From the NCBI GenBank assembly GCA_963729715.1, contig CAVSPA010000018.1:16191-80190 (forward strand): 64,000 bases of DNA. Direction: 5' to 3'. The stretch is from an uncultured delta proteobacterium. Lineage in GTDB: Bacteria > Desulfobacterota > Syntrophia > Syntrophales > UBA2185. Below, one piece after another: positions 1-7,332 of the stretch. Made by a program: the position numbers and the translations under genes. Within the stretch, counting starts at the first letter, position 1; the number at the start of each line of letters is the position of its first letter. The notes beneath the pieces were generated by a model. The model searched no databases, was not told the DNA's origin, and saw only the letters and a program-made list of their open reading frames with translations.

Positions 1-85
1 TTTGTAGCGGTGTGGAACAAAGTCATGAACCTTGACCGTTTCGACCTCGCCTGATCGTAGCATAAACGTCTTCGAGGGCTTCTGA

Positions 86-214
86 CAGGATGGGATCCAT
101 ACGTTGTATGGGGCAGATGGGAAAATACCGACTGTTCCAGAACCGTCATCTTTTCTACTCATTGGTCTTGGTTTAGCAGGATTGGCAGGTGTGAGGAGAA
201 AGTTTAAAAAATAG
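86..214 (+). pseudogene. PEP-CTERM sorting-signal tail with no intact upstream reading frame (remnant or frameshifted 3' end of an exported-protein gene)
   Basis: The frame ending at TAG 212-214 reads ..KIPTVPEPSSFLLIGLGLAGLAGVRRKFKK*. That is a VPEP motif, a hydrophobic helix and a basic tail. The same frame is closed by TGA at 83-85 with no ATG in between, and the other plus-strand frames are also closed. Confidence 0.4.
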
Positions 215-239
215 AAAAGAAACTGATTTTTACCATAGC

Positions 240-270
240 AAGGCAGAGTCAATTGGCTCTGCCTTTTTTT
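240..270 (+). terminator. Rho-independent terminator-like hairpin
   Basis: AAGGCAGAG-tcaattgg-CTCTGCCTT, a perfect 9-bp stem, followed by a T-run. It lies directly after the PEP-CTERM tail. Confidence 0.6.
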
Positions 271-660
271 ACCAGTTACGAATGGTAATCTTCATTTCAA
301 GCCCAAACCAAAAACCAGTATTATCTTAAAAAATTCCCGAGATGAACGGGTCACCTGCTTTATAAACTTGAGATTACGATCTCCTCAGACCACGCGTCTT
401 CGACCTTGTTTATCTCTTACCGAGAACAAGTCGCGAAGCCCCTTCCCCGGCGGAATAGAACCAGATATCTTAAAAAGACTTATAGACGACGATCTCTTGC
501 CGGTGCACGTAATCTATCTCATCTTTTCTGCGAACCCTTCGAAGTAGCCCGATCTTCAAAACATGCCTCCCCTCTTTCCACATCATCAACATCATTTGTT
601 TCGCAGAGACCATCGTCAAATGTCCCATGTAAATCCTTGTAAACTTCTGTGCTTTCTTTC

Positions 661-778
661 GGAACTAATGCTTCAGGTTACCCTTTGCACCTCCCTCCAG
701 CTACGTGGGCGAACTACCGAACTCCCACGGTCGGACTTTAACCGACAAGTCATACGTTTTACACGGCATACCCTACGA
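661..778 (-). repeat. Copy 1 of a ~115-nt conserved structured element (group II intron domain-I-like)
   Basis: The reverse complement is near-identical to 27834-27950 and clearly related to 11069-11180. It sits in a ~0.7 kb region (271-935) with no credible ORF. Confidence 0.75.
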
Positions 779-935
779 GCCAGCAACTTCAAAGAGAATT
801 TGTCCTGATGATTACGGCTCGAAATGCATAACAAAAATACCATGCCGACTAGTGTGACGTCTCACTTATAATTTGTATTTATTGTAATAGTAGCCAGCAG
901 ATATCATTCGGCAATTGCCGTATAACTAATTAAAC

Positions 936-1127
936 TTATTTCTGGGACAAAACACTAGCTGCTAGATGGTGGACCCGCTCACTTTCATTAACCTTGACCG
1001 TCCGATAAATAAGTTCGGGAAGTCCCAGGCTGTGAATGAACTCATCTCGGATAATACCTCCACCGACACTGACCACGGTATCGTTTCCTTCTACGAGGAT
1101 AATCTTCTTCCTATAGGCAACTTTCAT
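936..1127 (-). CDS. Hypothetical small protein (63 aa)
   Basis: The ORF has GAGGTG 4 nt upstream of the ATG at 1127 (MKVAYRKKIILVEGN..). I recognise no family. Confidence 0.4.
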   Translation of the reverse strand: MKVAYRKKIILVEGNDTVVSVGGGIIRDEFIHSLGLPELIYRTVKVNESERVHHLAASVLSQK

Positions 1128-1338
1128 TTTCACCTCTTGGGTGACCAAGATTATGTTATTCTAATAGGACGAAAACCCTTTGTCTCTATGAATTTCAAAG
1201 AACTTGGTACATTTTTACCAGTGCATTAGCGCTGGATCTGGAATTTTATAATGCTAATCATCGGCAATCGGCATAATAGCTGTTACCGATTAGATCCTGG
1301 CATCGCCTTAGCCTTAGATTTTGAATATTCCAGTATAG

Positions 1339-2013
1339 TCACTTTTTCGGTCCGAAGATTTCCAATGAAATGATTCTCCCGTTCTCCCAACCAACCCTGT
1401 AGACTTGGATGATATCGGCTGGTATTTCGCTAGATGTTGAGCTCGTAATACCCTCGACGGTGTAATAAATTTTGTTGTCGACCTTCTCTGTCTTGATAAC
1501 ATAAGGATCTCTAACTATCAAAAGACCCATGGCCTTGCGTATAATATCCGAGTTTGCGTATTTGCTGATGACTGCCCTGTATCTTTTCTGCGATGTATGA
1601 GCCTGCATGCATTCCTTCATTTCAGGAATAATATCGGCGACAGCAATCCCCTTTTTTGCACCCAGGGGAGTGAAGGATACAATCCTTCTATTTTCCCAGC
1701 ACACCTTATATGTCTGGACGATATCACGCGGAATTTCAGATGCTGTTTCCACCGTGACACCCTCTACAGTGTAACAGATTTTCTGCCCTTCTCGATCCGC
1801 ATTCGTGATATAGGGCTCCTTGATGATCAGAAGTCCCATGGCCTGATTGACAATGGCTGGGTCGGCATATTTCTGTATAACGGACTTGTACTCTTTCTGC
1901 GATCCGTGGGAACGCATGCACTCCCTCATCTCGGGGATAACCTCCATCGCGAAGGCATGACCCCACATTCCAAAGAAAAGATACATTATGAAGCAAATCG
2001 TAGTTCTCTTCAT
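1339..2013 (-). CDS. Exported protein built from two tandem ~95-aa repeats, unknown function
   Basis: Signal peptide MKRTTICFIMYLFFGMWGHAFA with GGAGGTG upstream. Repeat 1 reads IPEMRECMRSHGSQKEYKSVIQKYADPAIVNQAMGLLI..; repeat 2 reads IPEMKECMQAHTSQKRYRAVISKYANSDIIRKAMGLLI.. Confidence 0.7.
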   Translation of the reverse strand: MKRTTICFIMYLFFGMWGHAFAMEVIPEMRECMRSHGSQKEYKSVIQKYADPAIVNQAMGLLIIKEPYITNADREGQKICYTVEGVTVETASEIPRDIVQTYKVCWENRRIVSFTPLGAKKGIAVADIIPEMKECMQAHTSQKRYRAVISKYANSDIIRKAMGLLIVRDPYVIKTEKVDNKIYYTVEGITSSTSSEIPADIIQVYRVGWENGRIISLEIFGPKK

Positions 2014-2056
2014 CTTCGTCCACCTCCACTTAATTCCGTTCATCCAAAATCTTCAC

Positions 2057-2611
2057 TCAGCGACTTTTATCTTCCTCATTGAGTTTCTTCAAATAATCCA
2101 AGATTTCCTCATAGTTTGGCGAGCCATCCTTGGCGTAACGTACGACACCTTTTTTGTCGATGATCACCGTGCGCCGGTTGAAGACGAAGAGCGATCCCGG
2201 GGGTATCACGCCAAAAAAATCACCGAGATAACCGGAAATATTAGAGAGTATCGGAAAGGTCAGTTTCAGGGATTTGGCCCAGTATTTTAGAGTGACAACA
2301 TCATCGCGGCTGACGCCCGTGACCCGGGCGTTGAGGGACTCATAGAGGGGAAAGTGCCTCTGATGACCCATCATTTCACCCGATCAGATCGGTGTGAAAG
2401 CCGCAGGGAAAAATGTCATAATCAGATAATACCTCCCATAGTAATCCTGATTGTAGCCGACCAGCCGATCCTCTGTAGAAGACAGGTAAAAGTTTAGTGT
2501 CTGCTTGTCTAGGAGGCTTTCCACCTTGAAAGCGGCTTGGGCATTAGACAGAGTCAGAATACTGCAGACGAGGGTTGCAAGAACAAGAATTGTTTTAGTC
2601 TGCTTTTTCAT
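2057..2611 (-). CDS. Exported AhpC/TSA (BCP/peroxiredoxin-like) protein with an in-frame UGA (Sec candidate) at the peroxidatic Cys position
   Basis: ORFs 2384-2659 and 2057-2374 share one frame and are separated only by TGA 2384-2386. The joined product reads ..MTFFPAAFTPI-U-SGEMMGH.. GAGGAG lies upstream of the ATG at 2611, and the signal peptide ends ..SNAQA. Confidence 0.75.
2354..2386 (-). other. UGA codon plus SECIS-like hairpin
   Basis: RNA reads UGA UCGGGUGAAA UGAUG-GGU-CAUCA, with flanking GUG..CAC. The stem starts 11 nt after the UGA and the apical loop is GGU. Confidence 0.55.
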
Positions 2612-2787
2612 AAAAATCTCCTCATTGAAAAGAAACAATGATGCCGTTCCCTGCATCATTAGAATCGCGGGATGATGGAAATGTTTTCAGGAAAAGCCGG
2701 GGACTCCTGATTCAGAAAATTTACGAGGTCGATGCCTTCACCCGACCACACTTAACCCGGAATCGCTCATCCCGAAAATCTCCCCGC

Positions 2788-3099
2788 TCATTTCACGGGT
2801 GTCGGACGCCCACGAACGTGGAAGCCCCCCTCTATCAGGGCCTTTAAGATGCTGTCGACGTTAGTCACCTTGTCGTCAAAACTTACGACAAAGACCTCTT
2901 TCCGGGCGTCATAATCGGTGCCTGTCACTCCGTCGACATTTTCCAGGATAACACCTACCCTGGTTTTCTGCACTCAGGTCTTGCAATCGGCAATTTTGAT
3001 CTCCACCTTGCTCTCGGCGCCATGTGCGGGTTGAGAAACAGTAAAAGCGATCAGTAAAATCAGTAAAAGGGGGGAAACAAAGACCGGTTTTAATCTCAT
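2788..3099 (-). CDS. Exported HMA-fold (MerP/CopZ-like) metal-binding protein with a C-x-x-U motif (Sec candidate)
   Basis: From the ATG at 3099 there are 41 codons: signal peptide MRLKPVFVSPLLLILLIAFTVSQPAHG, then AESKVEIKIADCKT. TGA 2974-2976 follows in frame, then VQKTRVGVILENVDGVTGTDYDARKEVFVVSFDDKVTNVDSILKALIEGGFHV. This matches the GMxCxxC..V..L....GV layout of HMA domains. Confidence 0.7.
2943..2976 (-). other. UGA codon plus SECIS-like hairpin
   Basis: RNA reads UGA GUGCAGAAAA CCAGG-GUAGGUGUUAU-CCUGG. The stem starts 11 nt after the UGA and the loop contains GGU. Confidence 0.5.
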
Positions 3100-3125
3100 G
3101 ACTTAATCCGTCGGGCCGATCCCTT

Positions 3126-3689
3126 TCAAGCCCAGTCATCCAAATCAATATCCGGGCAAAGCCCCATCATGTTGTCGACCCATTCCTCGTTGTCCTTGAT
3201 CCACTGCCTGGCATCGGCCCGTGAAATCATGTTCTCCTTGACCAGGTTCATGGCGGACTCAAGTTTGCCTCCGCATAAGCAGAATTGCTTGACGAGTGTC
3301 GTAAGCGCTGGTCTCTTCTTCTGCAGACCGCTACGAGCTATGGTATGAATCGTTTTCTTTTCGTCTATCCAGTTTGGACCGAGGTCTTCGACCTTCTTGG
3401 CATATTTGGTGTAGTAAGCTTTCTGTTCCGGTAATGTCGCGCTTAATGTGGCGTCGTACTTCCCCTCAACTATGCCTTTCCACATGTCATCAACGGTGGT
3501 CTTAACAAGATTGACCTTTATGCCTAACTTGTCCTCGAGGATGTACTTCAGCATGTATGATTTTGCAATGGAATCCTTTGTATCGATATAAGCCACGGTG
3601 ACCTGCGGTGCCGCCGCAATTGCGGCGGAGACCGTCATGACAATCATGAACGCGGCAACTATGCTTATCTTCAATAGATAACGCCTCAT
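3126..3689 (-). CDS. Glycine-betaine/quaternary-amine binding (OpuAC-like) periplasmic protein; no cognate permease or ATPase nearby
   Basis: Signal/anchor MRRYLLKISIVAAFMIVMTVSAAIAAA. The body resembles substrate-binding domains of betaine ABC systems (..VTVAYIDTKDSIAKSYMLKYILEDKLG..). The family call is from memory. Confidence 0.6.
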   Translation of the reverse strand: MRRYLLKISIVAAFMIVMTVSAAIAAAPQVTVAYIDTKDSIAKSYMLKYILEDKLGIKVNLVKTTVDDMWKGIVEGKYDATLSATLPEQKAYYTKYAKKVEDLGPNWIDEKKTIHTIARSGLQKKRPALTTLVKQFCLCGGKLESAMNLVKENMISRADARQWIKDNEEWVDNMMGLCPDIDLDDWA

Positions 3690-3761
3690 AATAACCTCCT
3701 TTCCAAAATATTTTTCTTTCGGTTGAGAAATCCAACCGGACATCCCACCTAGGAAGTAAAT

Positions 3762-4934
3762 TTAGGTTGCCCTGAACTCGATGGTATCGCCATTGCCGAG
3801 GTAAGCCTTGTCCTTTGACCGGAAACGGGCCGTTCCCTGGACGATGGGGTATCCCGCTTCGATGAACTTCTTGGCGCAGGTGATCCCTGTGCAGTGGTTG
3901 CAGCCAACCTTCTCGAACTCGTACTTCCTCATGGAAAGGACCAGGTCATCGTATTTGGGATCCCAGTCCTCGAAGGGCGAGATGTGCAGCCCGCCGTAGA
4001 TGCCGTAGTTTTTCTTGTACTTGATGGTGTCCTTGGCCGTAGCGGCGAACTGGATAATCCCCTGGTGGCAGCAGCCCGTCACGGAGACCATCCCCGCGTC
4101 CTTGACATTGAAGTACCACGATTGTTCACCATAGACCCGGCATATGATGGGAATGGCGAAGTTGTAAATAGCGCAACCCGAGAAGAGAGGAGTCAGTCCC
4201 GGCTTGGTAACCACTAGCTTACCCCGATGACCGCTGTCCTTGATATACTGCATGCCCTCCTGGTAGAACCCTTCAGGAATGTAAGTAATTATCTCCGGGT
4301 TATACTTATACACCACGGGCAGACCCCAGAAGTGGTCGAAGTGTTCATGGGTTACCATGAATAAATCTATTTCCTTACGCTCAAGCATCCGGTCAATCCC
4401 CTCGCGCTTATAAGCCTGATCCATCCAGTTGTAAGACCATCCAGCATCCTGGAGTATCTTCTTCTTCGTGCCGTCCAGGAGTTCTACTTCGATGAGGCAG
4501 GAAAACCCTCCGGCGTTCTCAGGATGAACGGCATTTTCGATTTGAAACTGCCAGGCCTTGTCTAAATCACGGGGCAGCCACCGCTTGATCTCCTTGATAC
4601 CCTTCTCGTAGGAACCCTTCCCAAGTTGCCCTTTCGGTTCTGCAAAAGGCGGCCAATTATACGTGTACTGGTTGACCAGCAATCCCCCGGATCCCTTGAT
4701 GTCACCCATGAGTACTTTATTCTCGAACCAACTCGTCTCTGAAACATTCGTTACCTTAACGCTCCTGCATTCCCCAATATCAATATTTTTGGGCGCGACT
4801 CTCGCGAAATGACTCTTACGCCAGGGGCTGTAAGAGTATATGCCCATGGCCCCAATAGTGCCTGTAACTCCTCCCACGATAAGACCCTTGACAAAATCGC
4901 GCCGGTTCAGGCCTTTCTTTTCTTCTTCTGCCAT
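3762..4934 (-). CDS. Tat-exported metallo-beta-lactamase-fold protein (COG1237-like)
   Basis: Twin-arginine motif NRRDFVKGLIVGG. It has the HxHxDH motif (VTHEHFDHFWG) and C-terminal motifs VTGCCHQG and GCNHCTG, which are shared with ORF 20095-21051. Confidence 0.8.
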   Translation of the reverse strand: MAEEEKKGLNRRDFVKGLIVGGVTGTIGAMGIYSYSPWRKSHFARVAPKNIDIGECRSVKVTNVSETSWFENKVLMGDIKGSGGLLVNQYTYNWPPFAEPKGQLGKGSYEKGIKEIKRWLPRDLDKAWQFQIENAVHPENAGGFSCLIEVELLDGTKKKILQDAGWSYNWMDQAYKREGIDRMLERKEIDLFMVTHEHFDHFWGLPVVYKYNPEIITYIPEGFYQEGMQYIKDSGHRGKLVVTKPGLTPLFSGCAIYNFAIPIICRVYGEQSWYFNVKDAGMVSVTGCCHQGIIQFAATAKDTIKYKKNYGIYGGLHISPFEDWDPKYDDLVLSMRKYEFEKVGCNHCTGITCAKKFIEAGYPIVQGTARFRSKDKAYLGNGDTIEFRAT

Positions 4935-4995
4935 AATTAGTCCTCCTTCAGTTTAGGAGAAATTTTCCCGAAGAGGGGAAAATCTGTTTTAAAAT

Positions 4996-5121
4996 TCAGC
5001 TTATTTTGGTTAGCATCCAGTTCCATTTTGCCATGATGGGCAGGGCCCATACAACGGCAAAATAAACCAGAATGCCGAGAACGATGCCCACAAAAATGCC
5101 AAACTTATATTCTGTGCTCAT
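4996..5121 (-). CDS. 41-aa single-pass membrane peptide
   Basis: MSTEYKFGIFVGIVLGILVYFAVVWALPIMAKWNWMLTKIS. AAGGAGGAG lies 5 nt upstream, immediately after the stop of the 423-aa membrane protein gene. It is below the ORF-track length cut-off. Confidence 0.6.
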   Translation of the reverse strand: MSTEYKFGIFVGIVLGILVYFAVVWALPIMAKWNWMLTKIS

Positions 5122-5133
5122 TTCATCTCCTCC

Positions 5134-6405
5134 TTATGTAATGGCGGTTTCTGATGTCTTGACCTTCTTCCATCCCGGCCAGTTGTCCATAAACCAGTGA
5201 TTGATGAGCATGATGTTGATAAACCAGATGGTGGGAATCATAGGGAATTGCTGGGGATGTGAGTAGCCCTTCTGGGTGCCCAAGACCAGGTGGCTGGTGT
5301 TGTAGTAAAGCCAGTAGACAAAAAGTCCGCCCATGATGGCGATCAGGGTCCGGATAAGCCAATTAACAGGAATACTGTACTTCCTCGGCCAGTTATTGCA
5401 GTAGAACTTGACAAAGAGTGCCGGAATGAGGAAGAAGACAATCGTTTCACCCACATGGAGCCAGCGCCAGTCCGGGGCTGCATCCCGCCTGGTTCCCCGG
5501 ATAGCTGGGCCCCACCACAATTCCTGTGCAAAGTAAAGAAACAGAAAACAGCACCAGGCAATAGCGATGATGCCGAAGAACGCCACAAGCCGACGGGTCC
5601 AATCATGCTTAATGACCCGGAAGGGGTAACGATCCCAGATGCTTTCGTACATCCAGACAATAACGGTGCAGCACATGATCCAAGCCACGTGGAAATTGCC
5701 GCTTACCGTGTCGGCGAAATTCTCCCAGTAGGGCGGCGCGATGGAGCAGAAGTACTGCCAGGGATAATAGAGGATGCCCATGTGGGGGTGCATGGTGCAG
5801 AAATAGACAATGGTACTTATAAAGAAGGTGACAATGAGAACGGTCGTACCCAGGACCGGTTGTTTAAGGTTCTGCCAGGGGGCCATCTCCATCGCCACCG
5901 GCCACGCGGGGCTCAGCCAGGAGGCAATGGCAGCAAACATGAGGCAGGCCAGGGCCGAGTACTCGATAGCGAAGAACTCCGTGATCCCCGGCAGCTTCAT
6001 CAATTGGTGAGAATTAAAGTAGGCCATCGACAAGTTTCCCAGAAGTCCTTCAAAGAAACCCTTGATGAGTATCATAAGAATGATCACGGAAACAGCCGTC
6101 ATCGCGACTCCTTTCAAAACAGGGTGCCAGTTTTCCAACTGTTGTCTCCTGAAAGGCCAGTAATGATAAATATATACCATCCAGATTAACATGATCAGGA
6201 GCCAACGTGTGTACATGTAGCCCACGTAAGGGGTATACATCCGCAGCCATCCTCTTGGATCTTGAAAGATCCACCATGTAACGTAAAAAATAGCGAGAAT
6301 AAAAATTGTGTTCACAATCTGCGGTATTGGTGCAGGCCATCTGGGGACGAGCGTCCGCTCTTCAAGATATCCTTCACCATAACGCTCCTCGACTTTTCCC
6401 TCCAT
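5134..6405 (-). CDS. Polytopic, Trp-rich integral membrane protein, family not recognised
   Basis: A 423-aa ORF with many hydrophobic segments. The long plus-strand ORF opposite it (5290-6189) is a compositional shadow. Confidence 0.75.
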   Translation of the reverse strand: MEGKVEERYGEGYLEERTLVPRWPAPIPQIVNTIFILAIFYVTWWIFQDPRGWLRMYTPYVGYMYTRWLLIMLIWMVYIYHYWPFRRQQLENWHPVLKGVAMTAVSVIILMILIKGFFEGLLGNLSMAYFNSHQLMKLPGITEFFAIEYSALACLMFAAIASWLSPAWPVAMEMAPWQNLKQPVLGTTVLIVTFFISTIVYFCTMHPHMGILYYPWQYFCSIAPPYWENFADTVSGNFHVAWIMCCTVIVWMYESIWDRYPFRVIKHDWTRRLVAFFGIIAIAWCCFLFLYFAQELWWGPAIRGTRRDAAPDWRWLHVGETIVFFLIPALFVKFYCNNWPRKYSIPVNWLIRTLIAIMGGLFVYWLYYNTSHLVLGTQKGYSHPQQFPMIPTIWFINIMLINHWFMDNWPGWKKVKTSETAIT

Positions 6406-6464
6406 ACCAAACCTCCTTTCTCTTTTTATGAAGTTGGACGATTGCCAAGAATGGTTATCTTTTG

Positions 6465-6788
6465 TCAGTTACCTTTTGTCTCCTCCCGTGAGAAGATCTC
6501 CCTGGCAATATCCATTTTACTTTTTTCCTTGACATCAATTCCTCTTTTAAGAGCCTCTTCCATAAGTAACTCACCGGATTCCGAAAGCAGGGGATAGCAG
6601 GTCTCAAAGGAATTGAAATAGTTGTATTCACTTTCTTCTCGAAAATCAGTGCGCGTGCCATCAGCTATTAAGTCGGCGATCTCTCTGATCAGATCTTTCG
6701 TCAAAAAGTTCCTTCTCCTTTTATCGAATGTTATCAACTTTTCCCCTTCTTTAATCTTTGGTGGAGATAGACCGTGCCATACTATCAA
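6465..6788 (-). CDS. Hypothetical protein (start uncertain, TTG)
   Basis: The ORF overlaps the upstream stop by 4 nt. It has no recognisable motifs. Confidence 0.35.
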   Translation of the reverse strand: MIVWHGLSPPKIKEGEKLITFDKRRRNFLTKDLIREIADLIADGTRTDFREESEYNYFNSFETCYPLLSESGELLMEEALKRGIDVKEKSKMDIAREIFSREETKGN

Positions 6789-7114
6789 TCCACTATATCT
6801 CCACGGTTCAATTTACGCATAATGTATCGATGAAAAACCGCGTCAACACCGCCAATGACGTTATCAATGAACCGGACGTTATATTTTCTCATCAACTCCT
6901 GGCAATCATCCTGGGTGCCCCCGCATATGACTACCTCAACACGCATGCGGCTGAGGAGGGCGGTTTGATCCTCCAGTTGTAAGTCCCCTATGGGAATAAC
7001 CCCCCTCTCTTCAATAGTCCCGATGTTATTGACGGTGAACACGACTATTTCAGAAGAGTGATCATATCTGGGTGCGACTCTTCCCTTTATCTGGCAAATG
7101 GCAATTTTCCTCAT
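6785..7114 (-). CDS. NifX/NifB-type (dinitrogenase FeMo-cofactor biosynthesis domain) protein
   Basis: MRKIAICQIKGRVAPRYDHSSEIVVF.. and ..VEVVICGG..NVRFIDNV resemble the NifX-like domain. It is related to ORF 26867-27241. Confidence 0.55.
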   Translation of the reverse strand: MRKIAICQIKGRVAPRYDHSSEIVVFTVNNIGTIEERGVIPIGDLQLEDQTALLSRMRVEVVICGGTQDDCQELMRKYNVRFIDNVIGGVDAVFHRYIMRKLNRGDIVD

Positions 7115-7126
7115 GGTTCAGGATTT

Positions 7127-7142
7127 TGCACAGTATATGCCA
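7127..7142 (-). promoter_or_regulatory. Sigma-54 (-24/-12) promoter candidate
   Basis: The minus strand reads TGGCATATACTGTGCA, with GG and GC at the consensus spacing of TGGCAC-N5-TTGC. Caveat: the -12 GC lies only ~14 nt from the ATG at 7114. Confidence 0.4.
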
Positions 7143-7304
7143 TGTGCTACGAATTAAATAATTCACAATAAAGTCAGCTATTTGAGAATATGAGACAATT
7201 TAGAGAAGCATAAAACGACATTGCAAAATGTTGCAGGATGAAACATCAGAAAGAGTGCCTATGAGCAGAGGCTTATAAGGGTGGGCATTGGAACGTTTCA
7301 GACA

Positions 7305-7325
7305 CAATGCAACAATGTTGCATTG
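7305..7325. promoter_or_regulatory. Perfect 10-1-10 palindrome, candidate activator binding site (UAS)
   Basis: CAATGCAACA-A-TGTTGCATTG. TGCAACA recurs at 7326-7332 and AATGTTGCA recurs at 7227-7235. All lie upstream of the sigma-54 candidate and just 3' of the activator gene. Confidence 0.45.
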
Positions 7326-7332
7326 TGCAACA

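Noticed and set aside
83-85. TGA upstream of the PEP-CTERM tail as another selenocysteine codon
   Set aside because: There is no recognisable domain or start codon upstream, further stops lie in the same frame (26-28 and 5-7), and there is no redox motif context.
406-808. ORFs 406-642 and 563-808 (plus), and ORF 10970-11170 (plus)
   Set aside because: They run through copies of the conserved RNA-like repeat. The peptides are basic and low-complexity. The repeat is conserved at nucleotide level in both orientations, not as a protein.
2909-3148. 79-aa minus-strand ORF overlapping the HMA-like gene and the end of the OpuAC-like gene
   Set aside because: It is in a different frame from the signal peptide plus HMA reading frame, which is coherent across the UGA. 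It has no motif or RBS.
5290-6189. 299-aa plus-strand ORF opposite the Trp-rich membrane protein gene. The same applies to 24026-24760 opposite the Mrp gene and 36499-37170 opposite the DUF3300 gene.
   Set aside because: The translations are low-complexity and charged. The opposite-strand products have coherent TM helices or conserved motifs.
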